DNA of 64,000 bases from Chiloscyllium plagiosum. Its lineage: Eukaryota. Shown here one piece after another: positions 26,606-38,599 of this stretch (positions are counted from its first letter, which is position 1; the number at the start of each line of letters is the position of its first letter). The stretch spans positions 19,621,994 to 19,685,993 of the forward strand of contig NC_057751.1 of NCBI RefSeq assembly GCF_004010195.1, given 5' to 3'. The notes under the pieces were generated by a model that was given only the letters and a program-made list of their open reading frames with translations, had not been told where the DNA came from and searched no databases. The position numbers were made by a program, and so were the translations under genes.

Positions 26606-27837
26606 TGAATAAACAGGTTTTTTTTGTACTGAAATACCTTTTGATCAAAATGGGTGAATGGACAAAATTAATTTGCTCTGTGTCTAAAAACATTGCATGA
26701 TGCATTTTGCACTAAATTGTAACATAATTATCTGGACCTTTGTGGAGTAGGGCATCATGTAACATGTCCAGTTTTTTTTTTCATTCTCCCCCCCCCCCCC
26801 CCACTCTTCTCATTTTGTTTATGCTAGAAATGTGAGCTGCTATCGGGGCATCTGGAACCTCTGAACAGTGGGTCCAACGAGCTCATCATCTTAACCATTT
26901 TGCAAATGATACAAAGGATGAATGAGAAGGACATGAAGTGAATTAGTTTCAAATATAATTTGAAAGCAAGGGAGAGAAAGATTGAATTAAGAAAAAGGGA
27001 AAATGAGTAAAGTGCTTTTGAAAATCTCCAAATAGTTTACTAGGTGCAGGAATGAGAATCCACACTTTTCATGTTGCTGCTTCTCGCAGAGGAGGTTGAG
27101 TAATATTGCAAGACTGTATAGGATCCTTCAGTTGCTAAATATCAACCCTCACTGTCTCCGGCTGTTCAGTTCACTAAGGCGCAAATGCAGCAATTCTTCA
27201 AAATCCAAAGGGAGTTTGACAACGTGCTGTCTTGCAAGGCTAACAATGAAGCAGCGCAAATTGTCTGGCAGCTGTGGCAGTTCGCAATTCAGTTTGCAGA
27301 CCTTGTCCCCTCTGCAAGTCGGTCTAACTCAACGCTAAAAACAGCAAGTGCATTAAACTGGCCATTATTTTTCCCAGCAAGATCTGATGCTGTTTCAGCT
27401 AAAACAGCAGTCATTTATTATTTAAATATAAAACAAGATGAGTTGCTTTCTTGTCTTCCCTCATTTTGCAACCTATTCTATTTAAGTTTTGATAATGTAC
27501 TTTTTGCTTCTCCTTTTATTGTGGTTAATTTTATAACAATGCTGCTGTGGTTAGTTAACTAACTAACAGAAGACATTTCTCTTTTTAAAAAAAGATCAAT
27601 CTTCTGATCAGCATTCTCCTTTAGAGCTTTTGAGACTTTATAAAACTCGTATTCTCTGGACTGGTGCCAAAATCTGAAAGACGGTAAAGATTGTAAATTC
27701 TCAAAAGGAAATTTCTACAAGGTTCAAACCATATGCAACATTCAGAAAGTTACAGTCTGATTGGTTCGGAGCAGGTCATCTAATTTTAACTGTGCAATTG
27801 TTGCCTCCAGTCCAAAGGTTTTGACTACCCTGCAGAA

Positions 27838-27938
27838 GTGAGAGAGCGTGGTGCTGAAAAAGCGCAGCAGGTTAGGCAGCATCCAAGGAGCAAGAAAGTT
27901 GATGTTTTGGGCAGGACCGTTCCTCAGGACTTTCTCCT
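27838..27938 (-). mobile_element. Penelope-like mini-element, degenerate hammerhead
   Basis: Exact 14-bp TSD actaccctgcagaa at 27824-27837 and 27939-27952. Body matches the 62031 family. Confidence 0.7.
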
Positions 27939-30204
27939 ACTACCCTGCAGAATCCAGGTTGAGATCTGGGATGCATGGCAAATGCACTGCCTCTCCTCAA
28001 TGCTGACAGTCAGCTTTCTTGTCAGTATTTGTTTTACAGTTCTTGGTGTAACTGATTTAAAAAGAACTCCTAACTGTGGTTACCAGGTTGACCTGAGCAG
28101 AGTTTGGTGTTTTATTCTCTCTCTCTCTCTCTCTGTCCTTTCAATGCTATTATTCATGGTGATTAGTTTCATCTTTGATTCTAGTCGGAGATTGTCAAAG
28201 AGAGCGCCCTGGGGAAGGGCATATAGTTGGCCAATTGAGGTATTGTGCATGGCACAAACTTAGTAGCAAATAGATTTTATAAAATTGATTGATTTATTAT
28301 AGGAATGCCTTTATTATCACAGAGAGAGCTTACAGTTGATTATCAATAAATGTGAAGTGTATTATGATCCTGTTCTTTTTTATTACACATAGTATGGATA
28401 TGGTAGGGTGTTACATTCATTTGAACTGTTCCTGATCTTTAGGAAGCTGCCGTTGATGCCCTGAAAATAAGCATGTCTTATTTCACAAACTACTACCTGT
28501 GTCGTCTTAAACCAGTCTTGAGCACTTCACGTTCTGTACATCCATTCATACATAGAATATATTCAGATTCAGAAGTAAATGAATGTTGCTACAATCCCTG
28601 TCTGTATTTGCTCATACTGTTACTGAACATTTGCTCAATCTGTTTCCATACTGATATCTAACAGAATCCATGACTCGTAGCCCCAGTGAGGGTTAATTTA
28701 TTTTAGTTTCCATTTGCAAATTTGGAATGTTAGATGCAGTTTATATAAACATTAAGTTTTGAAATATACAGATTTTTTTTCCTGCTAGTTAGAAAGTTAT
28801 GTCTAAAACTTTAAAATTTGTCATCAGAAGTATCTTGCTGGAAATGGTAACTTCTCTCTAACTGTGGTAGGGGGACACCACTGAGGCACCAAATATGCTG
28901 ATCGCAGAAGGTCAGGTTTGGTAAGAGAAATATAATTTTAATATGAGAAGAGGTAAGCAAGAATTTGTATTTATAAAGTGCCTTTCACTGCCTCGAACAC
29001 AGGGTATTTTACCCTCTATCAAATATGTTTAATCTGTAGCTACTATGGTAATGGTGGGGAAATGCACAGCAAAGTTCTACAAAAAAACAGATAAAATAAA
29101 TTGTATTTTCTGGGAAATTAATTTTGAAGAACAAATTTTAGGCAGAGTACCAGGAATCTCCTTGTGCTTCCATTAATGTTATGAGATCTTTTACATTCAC
29201 TTGAGAATGCAGTTGGGGCCTCAGTTTAGTGTCCCAATTTCTGGATTGCTGTTTGTCAGTCCACGTAACTTACAAGAAGCATTACATGTAGACATAAATA
29301 CATGAAAAATGTGCATTTTGAGATATACAACTAAGCAACCTTTGTCCAATAGGTAAACAATATTAATCACAACATTCAGACTTGCACAAGAAAATATCAA
29401 ATCTACAAATTCAAAAATTCTACATATGTGAAGATGTGCTGATTTCTGCAGTGTTTGTGCAGCTCTACATGAGTGAACTCTTCACCATTGTTGGGATCCT
29501 CCTTTATTTCCACAGCTTAAGAACAGTGTGCTAGGGTTCTTTCTCTCTGTTGGCAGTGTGTTATATCATGTAATGCTTTGCTGTACATCGGTGGATTTGA
29601 CAACCTATAACAGTATTTTGGTGAGTCTCATTATTTCAATCTAATAAATGATACAATTTTAGCATTTTAGAATATTGTTTTGCTGTGAAATAATCTGTAA
29701 TTGGTGAATTTTCTTGTGTTAGTGTTTATTTCTGAGCCTAGATTGTACCAACACATTGTTCGACTCTAGAGGGCATCACAACTGAGTTTGAACTGTCCTT
29801 ACCTGATATTCTGAAATTCTCGAGTCATACACTGTATTGATTACTATTTAGTATTTTTGTTTCTTCTTCCTTTCTTTCTTTGTGCACCTCACCTCAAAGG
29901 GACAGGGTGCTGAAGTGAATTGTGGCAACTCATTGGCTACAAATGAAGTAATAACAAAGCCTTTTGGGGAAAGCTGGGAGCTTCCTCATTTGTTTGTATT
30001 CCTATTCAATAAGTCACTAGCGGTTCGTAAATCTTGATTTTAGTAATTTATTTCCACCCAAGATTTGTAGGATAAGCCTTGGTTGAATTTTTTTTTTAAA
30101 TCCAGAATTGCTAGTCTTCACTTTGAGATATTATTGGATGTAGCTGAACAAGGTGCATTAGATTGAGAAACTGTTCTCTTTAACAGCCCACATTGTGATT
30201 GCAG

Positions 30205-30311
30205 GTTCATCCTGACAAAAACCAACACCCACGATCAGAAGAAGCCTTTAAAGTGGTGCGAGCAGCGTGGGATATTGTGAGCAATCCTGAGAGAAGGAAG
30301 GAATATGAAAT
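30205..30311 (+). CDS. DNAJC14: DNAJC14 coding exon 2 (J-domain HPD motif)
   Basis: tgcag|VHPDKNQHPRSEEAFKVVRAAWDIVSNPERRKEYE(I)|gtaagc; 107 nt; phases consistent. Confidence 0.95.
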
Positions 30312-31029
30312 GTAAGCAAAATTCAGCGCTGCATTCCGGACATGGCCTGTGATTCTTTTGGGATCAAAGTCTTAATGTTAATTTACCTTCTATTCCTCTT
30401 GTGATATGAATACTTCAACATTTTTGATTTACTCATCTTTTTTTTAATTATTTTAATTCAAAGTTTACCACATTTGATTAATTTAGGGAGCAAAAATCTG
30501 CTCGTACTGTTTGTTCGAGCTATCACCATTTTATCACAGGACTAGGTTTAAACACACCTCCTGATCAAAGGAGTTAGTCTCCTCACTGAATACACAAGTC
30601 CCAAATTAACTAAGTCTGGAGAAATTTGACTAATTTCCTACTACTACATCACAAAACTGTAAACTCCATATCATAGTAGTAACTTGTCAGTCTCCTGCAG
30701 CAATGTTATATGGATGATTTGGAAGTACTTGATGGTGAAGCTGGATATAAAAGTTTCCCTGTACTGCCAACACTCCTATTGTTCATCATAAAAATCCATC
30801 AGAATGTGCATCAACAAATATGATTTGGCTGCTCAAATACCTAATTAGCTGCAGTTGACCCTACTTTTCTTTGATGTTTCATTACTTTTTAAGATTTTGT
30901 TTTTGTAACCTCTTTCTGTTTTACATGCATCTAATTAGCTTCATGGTTTCTGATTGAAGAAGGATGTGACTGAAGTAATTTTCATTCTCCATGTAAGGCT
31001 ATGCAACAGGGGAATGTTTGAGGCGCCAT

Positions 31030-31396
31030 ACCTGCTATTACTTTGTGCTACTTGTGCTGTGCAACAGCAACTTGGGGCGATTGGTCCCTTTATTCTCTTG
31101 GTCTCCAAACTGAAGCAGTGTTTTCCTATTCAGATCCCATGGCACAATTTGAAGAAGAGCAGAGGGACCTTCCCCCTGTCCTGGCCAGCGTTGATCCCTC
31201 AACCAACCTGATCAAAATCAAATTGTGTAGTTGTTCACTCATTTGCTATTTGGATCTTGCTGCGCGCAAATTTGCTGCTGCATTTGCTTTTTTAACAGTG
31301 ACTGATTGCACTTCAAAAAAAAAATCATTTTGTTTGTTGTAAAGCACTTTGGACCATCCTGCAGATGTGATGAGGTGCTGTGTAAATGCAGCTTTC
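31030..31396 (+). mobile_element. Deu-domain SINE
   Basis: gatcccatggcacaatttgaagaagagc..gatcttgctgcgcgcaaatttgctgctg..gtaaagcactttgg. Further copies (-) at ~28955-29230, 49755-50000, 50780-51050, 51080-51490, 53195-53460 and 57430-57650. Confidence 0.7.
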
Positions 31397-31590
31397 TTGT
31401 GTATCTTTTCAATTTATTGGAGCTGTCTTTCTCCAGGCATGGATATTAAAAGCTTACTGTAAAGAGAGGTTTGTACTGAGTCTTTGTTTATATTCTGAGG
31501 AATTGTAGAATCCAAGTTTACTTTTGAATACTTTCTGCTCTTGATTTATTTCCAGATATAACTGGATATTTTTGTGTTTATTGTTTTCAG

Positions 31591-31710
31591 CAAACGGGCT
31601 GCAGAGAGTGAGTTACATCGGTCCATGAACGAGTTTCTCACCAAACTCCAGGATGACCTAAAGGAAGCCATGAACACTATGATGTGCAGTAAATGTGAAG
31701 GAAAACACAA
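31591..31710 (+). CDS. DNAJC14: DNAJC14 coding exon 3
   Basis: ttttcag|KRAAESELHRSMNEFLTKLQDDLKEAMNTMMCSKCEGKH(K)|gtttgt; 120 nt; first CxxC of the Jiv90 domain. Confidence 0.93.
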
Positions 31711-32602
31711 GTTTGTGCTCTTGTTTATCTGTTAAATAAATGTAAAGCTGAGTGATTTCCTCTCCAGTTTTCCCATCTTCCTTTCCTCAAGGTGCACTCT
31801 CTAGTTGGAGTAAGATTTTGTGGATCCCAAATGCTGTTTGGTGTTTCCTTTAACTGACTGTTCATCACTTGAGCCGAGATAATCAATATTAGTCTATTCA
31901 GCCATAATGCTAAGACCAACATTTGTCTGTAGCAGCAGCAATCAAATGTGGCAATTCTGCCTGATTTAATTTTCAACTTTAGGAACTCTATGACCAGTTG
32001 CATTGTGTGCCATTGCCCAGGTCAGCACTTGCCATTTTTCTGTCATTATTTTCATAATTTTGTTTGATTTGGCAGTTGTTCACTGCTTATGTACTCAACG
32101 TTAATAGTATTTCTGCTCAATGTCAGCATTGCCACAACAATCACATTGCACTAAAGAAGAGAATTTTATCAGATAATGTATGACATGAATATTCCTTTTA
32201 TCCTGTGAGTGATGAAACTAAAACATGTAGATTATAACATAATTTGAGTGGGTACTTACTAGTTATGAATTATAGGTGTTCAAATAAACGAATTCTTCCT
32301 TTTTGAAAAAAGAGAGGCATCTTCCCCAGCTGTTTGCTGTTGGAATCCACCATCTCGTACCTCCCTAGTTGGTTTCTGTCCTCAAAAGCCCCTGACCTGT
32401 TTCACTCCCAGACTTTATGCACACCTTGTTCTCTTTCTCCTTGCAGCCCATACATGCATTGAAGTGTGAATGCCACAAGATAGTCATGTGTATTAAAAAT
32501 AAATGCTCCAGGATAGATTGTGTATTATGGTTTTGAGTCACTCTTCTAAGTATAATTCCTCATCTACCTATGGTGAAAATAAAGTTGTAATTTCCTTTGC
32601 AG

Positions 32603-32763
32603 GAGATTTGAGATGGATCGTGACCCACAGGCTGCTCGATACTGTGCAGAGTGTAACAAGAGGCACTCTGTGGAGGATGGAGACTTCTGGGCAGAGTCAA
32701 GCATGCTGGGATTGAAAATCACTTACTTTGCCATGATGGATGGCAAAGTCTATGACATCACAG
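32603..32763 (+). CDS. DNAJC14: DNAJC14 coding exon 4 (Jiv90 domain)
   Basis: tttgcag|[53 protein letters not shown]|gtaagg; 161 nt. Confidence 0.95.
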
Positions 32764-34297
32764 GTAAGGAGATTGGAAATTGGACAACACACATCCTTCC
32801 CCCACCCCCAATACCTTCCTGTTAAATTTTAAAAAGAACACAGACTCAAAGATTTTAGTGAGACTTGTGCATAAAATATGAAGCTCAATGAAGAGTGCAG
32901 GAAGACATGCCAGGACCAGCAAGGGCATACCAGATCCAGCACCAGGCCTATCTAAAAATGCAATGCCAAATTGCTGAAGCTACAAAACAAGAGTACCTAA
33001 AAATGCAGTAATTCCACAAACAATTAATCAGATATAAGCTCTGCAGTTCTATGACATTCAGTCGTAAATGGTGGTGGACAATTAAACAACTGGAGGAGGA
33101 ACCTCCACAAACCTTCGCACCCTCAATAAAAGGGGTCCAGCACATAAGTGCAAAAGATAAGACCAAGGCATTTGCAACAATCTTCAGCCATCTGAGTGGA
33201 TAATCCATCTCTGCCTCCTTCTGAGGTACCCAGCATCACAGATGCCAGTCTTCAGCGAATTCGGTTCACTCCACATGATATCGAGAAATGGCTGGAGGCA
33301 CTGGATACTGCAAAGGCAATGGCCATGGACGATGTTCCAGCAAGAGTGCTAACATTGTGCACCAGACCTAACTGCACCCTTACCCAGCTTCAAGTACGGT
33401 TACAGCACTGGTATCTACATGACAATGTTGAAAATTGAGCAGAAATGTTCTGTATGCACAAAGCACGGCAGATCCAACTCGATACTTACTGCCCTATCAG
33501 TATACCCTCCATCACCAGTCAAGTGTTGGAAGATGTTATCAACAATGCTATTCAGAGACATGAGAAATAATTTACTCACTGGTGCTCACTTTGAGTTCCA
33601 CCACAACCACTCGGCTTCTGACCTCATCGTAGCTTTGGTTCAAACAAAAGAGCTCGCTTCCAGAGGTGAGGTGAGAGAGACTGCCCTTGACATTAAGACT
33701 GCATTTGATCTCGTGTGGCATTAAGGAACCCTAGGAAAACGAGTCAGTGGGAATCAGGGGAAAACACTGCTGTTTATAGACCTATCTGGTACAAAGAAGG
33801 GTGGCTGTGGTTGCTGGAGATCAGTCATCTCTGCAGGAGTTCCTCAGGGTAGCGTCGGAGGCCCAACCATCTTCAGCTGCTTCATTGGAAGTGGGGATGT
33901 TCACGGTGCAATGTTCAGAATATTCATAATTCCTCAGATACTGAAACAGCGCATGTTCAAATGCTGCAACACCTGAACAATATCCAGATTTGGGCTGATG
34001 TGTGGCAAGGACATTTCTGCCACACCAGGGAATGACCATCTCCAACAAGAGAGAATACAACCATTACCCCTTGAAATTCAATGGCATTGCCGTCACTGGA
34101 TCTCCCTATTATCAACATCCTGGGGGTTTACCATTTTCCAGAAACTAAACTGGGCTAGCCATGTAGATGCAGTGACGACAAGAGCAATTCAGGCTAGGAA
34201 TCATGCAGCGAGTAACTCTCCTTCTGACTACCCAAAGCCTGTCCACTATCTGCATGGCACAAGTTAGGAACGTGATGGAATGCTCCCCTCTTGTCTG

Positions 34298-34504
34298 AGG
34301 AGAAAGTGAGGTCTGCAGACGCTGGAGATCAAAGCTGAAACTTTATTGCTGGAACAGCACAGCAGGTCAGGCAGCATCTAGGGAACAGAAGATTCGACGT
34401 TTCGGGCACATGATTCCTGAAGAAGGGCATGTGCCCGAAACGTCGAATCTTCTGTTCCCTAGATGCTGCCTGACCTGCTGTGCTGTTCCAGCAATAAAGT
34501 TTCA
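34298..34504. mobile_element. Young fold-back Penelope-like mini-element
   Basis: Perfect 80-bp inverted repeat 34333-34412 / 34428-34507. 16-bp TSD gctcccctcttgtctg at 34282-34297 and 34505-34520. Confidence 0.8.
34412..34449 (+). ncRNA. Minimal type-I hammerhead ribozyme (Penelope-like element type), structurally complete
   Basis: GATTC-CTGAAGA-A-GGGC(ATGT)GCCC-GAAA-CGTC^-GAATC: 5-bp helix I, 4-bp helix II, palindromic ACGT helix III, GUC cleavage triplet. Confidence 0.75.
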
Positions 34505-34599
34505 GCTCCCCTCTTGTCTGGATGAGTGCAACTGTAACAACATTCAAGAAGCTTGACACCCATCCAGGACCAAGCCGTCTACTTGATTGATACCAGTAC

Positions 34600-35855
34600 T
34601 GATGTCCGTGAAATCATTGCCAATTGTCAGAAGAAACCATTTCGTTCACTAATGTCCTTTTGTGAAGGAAATCTGCCATCCTTATCTAGTTTGGCCCACA
34701 TGTGAACCTAAACCCACTGCAATGTAGTTGACTCTCAACTGCCCTCTGAAATGGCCAAGCAAGCTATTCAGTTGTACCAATCGTTACGGAGTCTCAAAGA
34801 AATGAAAACAGACTGATCACCTGGCATCGACCTAGGCACTGGAAAGTACAACCGCAGAAACAGCCCTGTCAACCCTGCAAAGTCCTTCCAACATCTGGGG
34901 TCCAGTGCCAACATTGGGAGAGCTGTCTTACAGACTAGCATAGCCTGACATGGTCTTACTCACAGAATCATACCTTACAGGCCATGTCCCAAACACCACC
35001 ATCACCGTCCCTGGATGTGTCCTGTCCCACCAACAGGACAGACCCAGCAGAGGTGGTGGCACAGTGGGAGGGAGTTGCCTGGGATCCTCAATATTGACTC
35101 TGGACCTCATGAATTCGCATGGCTTAAGGTTAAACATAGGCAAAGAAACCTGATTATCACCTACCGTCTTCTCTCAGCAGATGAATTGGTACTCCTCCAC
35201 GTTGAACAACACTTTGAGGAAGCACTGAGGATGGGCAATGCACAGAACGTCCTCTGGGTGGGGGATTTCATCATCACCACCAAGAGTTGCTCGGCAATAG
35301 TACTACTGATCAAAGTGTTCGGGTCCTAAAGGACAAAAATGCGAGACTGGGGTCTGCAGCAGGTAGTAAGGGAACCAACAAGAGGGAGAAGCCTACTTGA
35401 CCTCATCCTTACCAATCTGCCAGGTGCAGACACATTCTGTCCATGACAGTATCGGGAAGAGCAACCACTGCACAGTCCTTGTGGAGACAAAATCCTGCCT
35501 GCACATTGAGAATAATCTCCATCATGTTGTGTGGCATTATCACTGTGCTAAATGGGACAAACTTCAAATAGATCTAGCAACTCAAGACTGGGCATCATTG
35601 AGGCACTACGGGCCATCAATAGCAGCAGAATTGTACTCCAGCAATCTGTAACCTCATGACTTGGCATATCCTCCGCTCAACCTTGACCATTAAGCCAGGG
35701 GATCAACTCTGGTTCAATGGAGAGTGCAGGAGGGCATGCCAGGAACAGTGGTTCAAAAGGTAGCCCACCACTACCTTCTCAAGGGTAACTAGGGATGGGC
35801 AATAAATGCTGGCCAGCAAGCAATGCCCACATCCCACAAATAAATAAAAGAAAAT
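34600..35855 (+). mobile_element. Internally deleted copy of the LINE: SINE-like body + APE + 3' tail
   Basis: Body 34600-34750; APE ORFs VLLTESYL..DRPSRGGG and VGDF; jumps at ~35747 straight to the 3' tail. Confidence 0.75.
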
Positions 35856-36252
35856 CACAAACATTCACTTCCTCTAGCATTGATGCTCAGTAACGCCAGT
35901 GTGTACTATCTACAAGATGCTTTTCAGAAATTCACCAAGGCTTCTTAAACAGCACATTTCCAAACACATGACCACTACTATCTAGACAGGGCAGCACATG
36001 TATAGGAGCACCGCTAACCTACAAGTATTTCTCCAAGCCGTGCACCATCCTGGCTTGGAAATATATCATTGTTCATTCAGTATCACTGGGTTAAATCTTG
36101 GAATTCCTTCCCTAATAGCATTGTGGATCTACCTACAGCATGTGGACTGTAGGAGCTCAAGAAGGCAGCTCACCACCACCTTCTCAAGGACAATAGGGAT
36201 GAGCAATAAATGTTGGCCCAACCACTAGCATCCACATCGCATGAATGATTTT
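35856..36252 (+). mobile_element. 3' end of the same LINE family
   Basis: caagaaggcagctcaccaccaccttctcaaggacaatagggatgagcaataaatg tail. Confidence 0.75.
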
Positions 36253-36728
36253 AGAACTGAAGTTTGGAGATAATTTGCTGTATAAAGTTTTCAGTTGTGG
36301 TAGCTTCAGCAGAATGGTGTTGTGTTCAAAAGGCAAGGATTTGTAACCTGACCTGGAGCACTATTTGCAAAGCATAAACACGAACATAAATCAGTTGCGT
36401 CAAGCAGCCTGTTTCTGTGATCTAAAACGCTTAATGCAACATGAAAATGTGTTATTTGGCTTGATTATTGGGTGGTAAATGTCAATATGGTGGCAAATAA
36501 ATATCAATTCTCTTGAGTTTTAGTAGCAACAAAATGTCAAGACTAAAACCTGCGGAAGTGAGATACTGAGATAGTGAAGTTGCTAGTCTCTGAATAAACA
36601 CTGACTCACTAGTAAATTAGCAGGAATGTAAATTAGATTAAATATACTTCATAACAACTGTTTGTTACTGTTCTTACCATCTCAAATTCATCAGTTGGTC
36701 TCATCGTTCCAACAATTCCAATTCAATA

Positions 36729-37260
36729 GGGAAGGCGATCACCCAGTGGTATTGCATTAGACTGTTAATCTGAAGAGGAGAAAGTGAGGACTGCAGATGC
36801 TGGAGAGTCAGAGTCAAAAAGCATGTGGCTAGAAAAGCACAGCAGGTCAGGCAGCATCCAAGGAGCAGGAAAATCAATGTTTCGGGCATAAGCCCTTCAT
36901 CAGTTTCCTGATAGAACGGCTTATGCCCGAAACTTCGACTCTCCTGCTCCTTGGGATGCTGCCTGACCTGTGCTTTTCCAGCACTCTGCTTTTCAACTAT
37001 TAATCTAGAGACCCAGGTTCACATCCTGCCATAGCAGATGGTGAAATTTGAATTCAATGTAAAAGAAAAACATCTGAAATTTAGAGTATAATGGTGACCA
37101 TGAAACTGTTGTTGATTTGTTTTTGTTTTCCAGCTAATTTACTTCACTAATGTTCTTCAGGGGAAGAAACTGCCATCCTTACCTGGTCTAGCCTACATGT
37201 GACACTCACCACAGCAATGTGGTTAACTCCACAACTGCCCTCTGAATGAATTAAAAATAA
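36729..37260 (+). mobile_element. tRNA-derived SINE sharing its 5' region and 3' tail with the LINE at 15288 (other copies 9463-10865 +, 145-450 -)
   Basis: gaaggcgatcacccagtggtatt (A box), ggttcacatcc (B box), body gaaatttgaattcaat..cagcaatgtggttaactcc..ctgccctctg. Confidence 0.75.
36776..36995. mobile_element. Fold-back Penelope-like mini-element with two decayed, divergent hammerhead cores
   Basis: Minus core CTGATGAAGGGCTTATGCCCGAAA (36880-36903), plus-strand core from 36908. Imperfect TSD act(g/a)ttaatct at 36761 and 36996. Confidence 0.75.
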
Positions 37261-38129
37261 TGCAACTGCAATTATTTTCCATGTGCCTTACAGTATCTCT
37301 TGATTCAGGTTCATTTCACATGGACCTAATATTTAACTAGCATGAACATTTTTTTCAAAGTTGTTATCCCTTGTAAGCCATTACTGACCTTTTGGAATTC
37401 TTCTACAATCTCCTAGAGCATCATTCTGGAATATCCAATTAAAATCTTATTCCAGAAATACTTTAAAAGCCTGTCTTCAGCAATGAACACTGTACTAAAA
37501 GAAAAATACGAGAAGTCAACTATGATTTTCAAATCCTAAGGTTGAAAAGCCTTTGAAATCACCTTTTTGGTTTTTGAGAGAATTGGGAGATGACGCCTGT
37601 GTTTGGCACATGTTGATTTCTTGGTTGGTTCTGATGTAAAATGGTAACTTGGTGTTTTTCAATATGGAGGGAGGAATAGGAGGAGATCATTCGCATAACT
37701 TGAGGCTGTTATACAGGAGTAGGAGAAGGCCATTCAGCCCCTCAGATCTGTTCTGTCTTTCAATCTGATCATGACAGACCTATACCTCAAGTCCAATTAC
37801 CTGTTCAGCTCTATGACTCTTAATACCCTCCTCCAAAACAAATATCAGTTTGAAATTCACTCGTGCCCTTTCCAGTGGATTATTGGGAGTCAATTGGTTA
37901 AAAACTAGGGAGTGGGGTCATTGTCGAATTCGTACTCCGACTGCGCAGTACTGAATAGGACCCAAGAGCAAACATAGAAAGCATCTGGATTTCTCTGCAT
38001 TGTTTATTCTAGCCTGAGAGAAATTCCACAGACATGTCTCTGTTGCGTTAGAAAAATTATGAGAGATTAATAATTCATATAGAAGTTAAGTAACTCGCTG
38101 TTTGTTTTGTTTATCCCTTCTCTCTTCAG

Positions 38130-38232
38130 AGTGGGCTGGGTGTCAGAGGGTTGGAATATCTCCTGATATACATAATGTTCCTTACCATATATCCTTTGCT
38201 ACACGAACTTCTGGAAACAGTGGTAGACATAG
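38130..38232 (+). CDS. DNAJC14: DNAJC14 coding exon 5
   Basis: tcttcag|(E)[33 protein letters not shown](R)|gtaagt; 103 nt. Confidence 0.95.
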
Positions 38233-38599
38233 GTAAGTAAATGTAGAGATGTTCACTATTAATCTTCCAGTTGTTTTCTCCTCCCTATAATGTCTTTGGC
38301 CCTATAATGTGAATTTTGTAGCGCAGTAATCAAAGCACAGGTTCACAGGCAAGCTATGCACAGGAGGTAAGTGTGTCTAGACAAAATTATTACCTTGGTA
38401 CCTTTTTTAGCAGGCATGTCAATGTCTCAGTTGTAACAATTAAATGAGGTCAGTACAGTAAAACCTAGCTGAATACTCAGTCTTGTGCAGATTTTCAATG
38501 ACTTTACAAGGCTAGCAGCACAGCTTGCACATCAGTGCTGTGTTCAGGTTATTATAAAATAAGAATTGGAGAATGGTTACGGGGCAAAAGAAGTCTATA

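Larger units (their letters stand above)
32890..34595 (+). mobile_element. LINE ORF2 fragment (same family), RT region
   Basis: ORFs RFTPHDIEKWLEALDTAKAM and ALDIKTAFDLVWH; GVPQGS motif at 33836. Confidence 0.8.

Noticed and set aside
26788-26802. Poly-C run (and poly-G near 46907-46924) as G-quadruplex elements
   Set aside because: Simple homopolymers of uncertain length; no further evidence of function.
26960-27400. 125-aa ORF (27185) and surrounding repeat-like sequence as an extra exon or nested gene
   Set aside because: DNAJC14 exon phases join without it and there is no recognisable protein motif; probably an old unclassified repeat.
34333-34507. Perfect hairpin as a pre-miRNA or DNA-transposon MITE
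   Set aside because: The arms are copies of a dispersed repeat, the hairpin does not reach the element's left end, and the 16-bp TSD plus hammerhead core fit a Penelope-like retroelement better.
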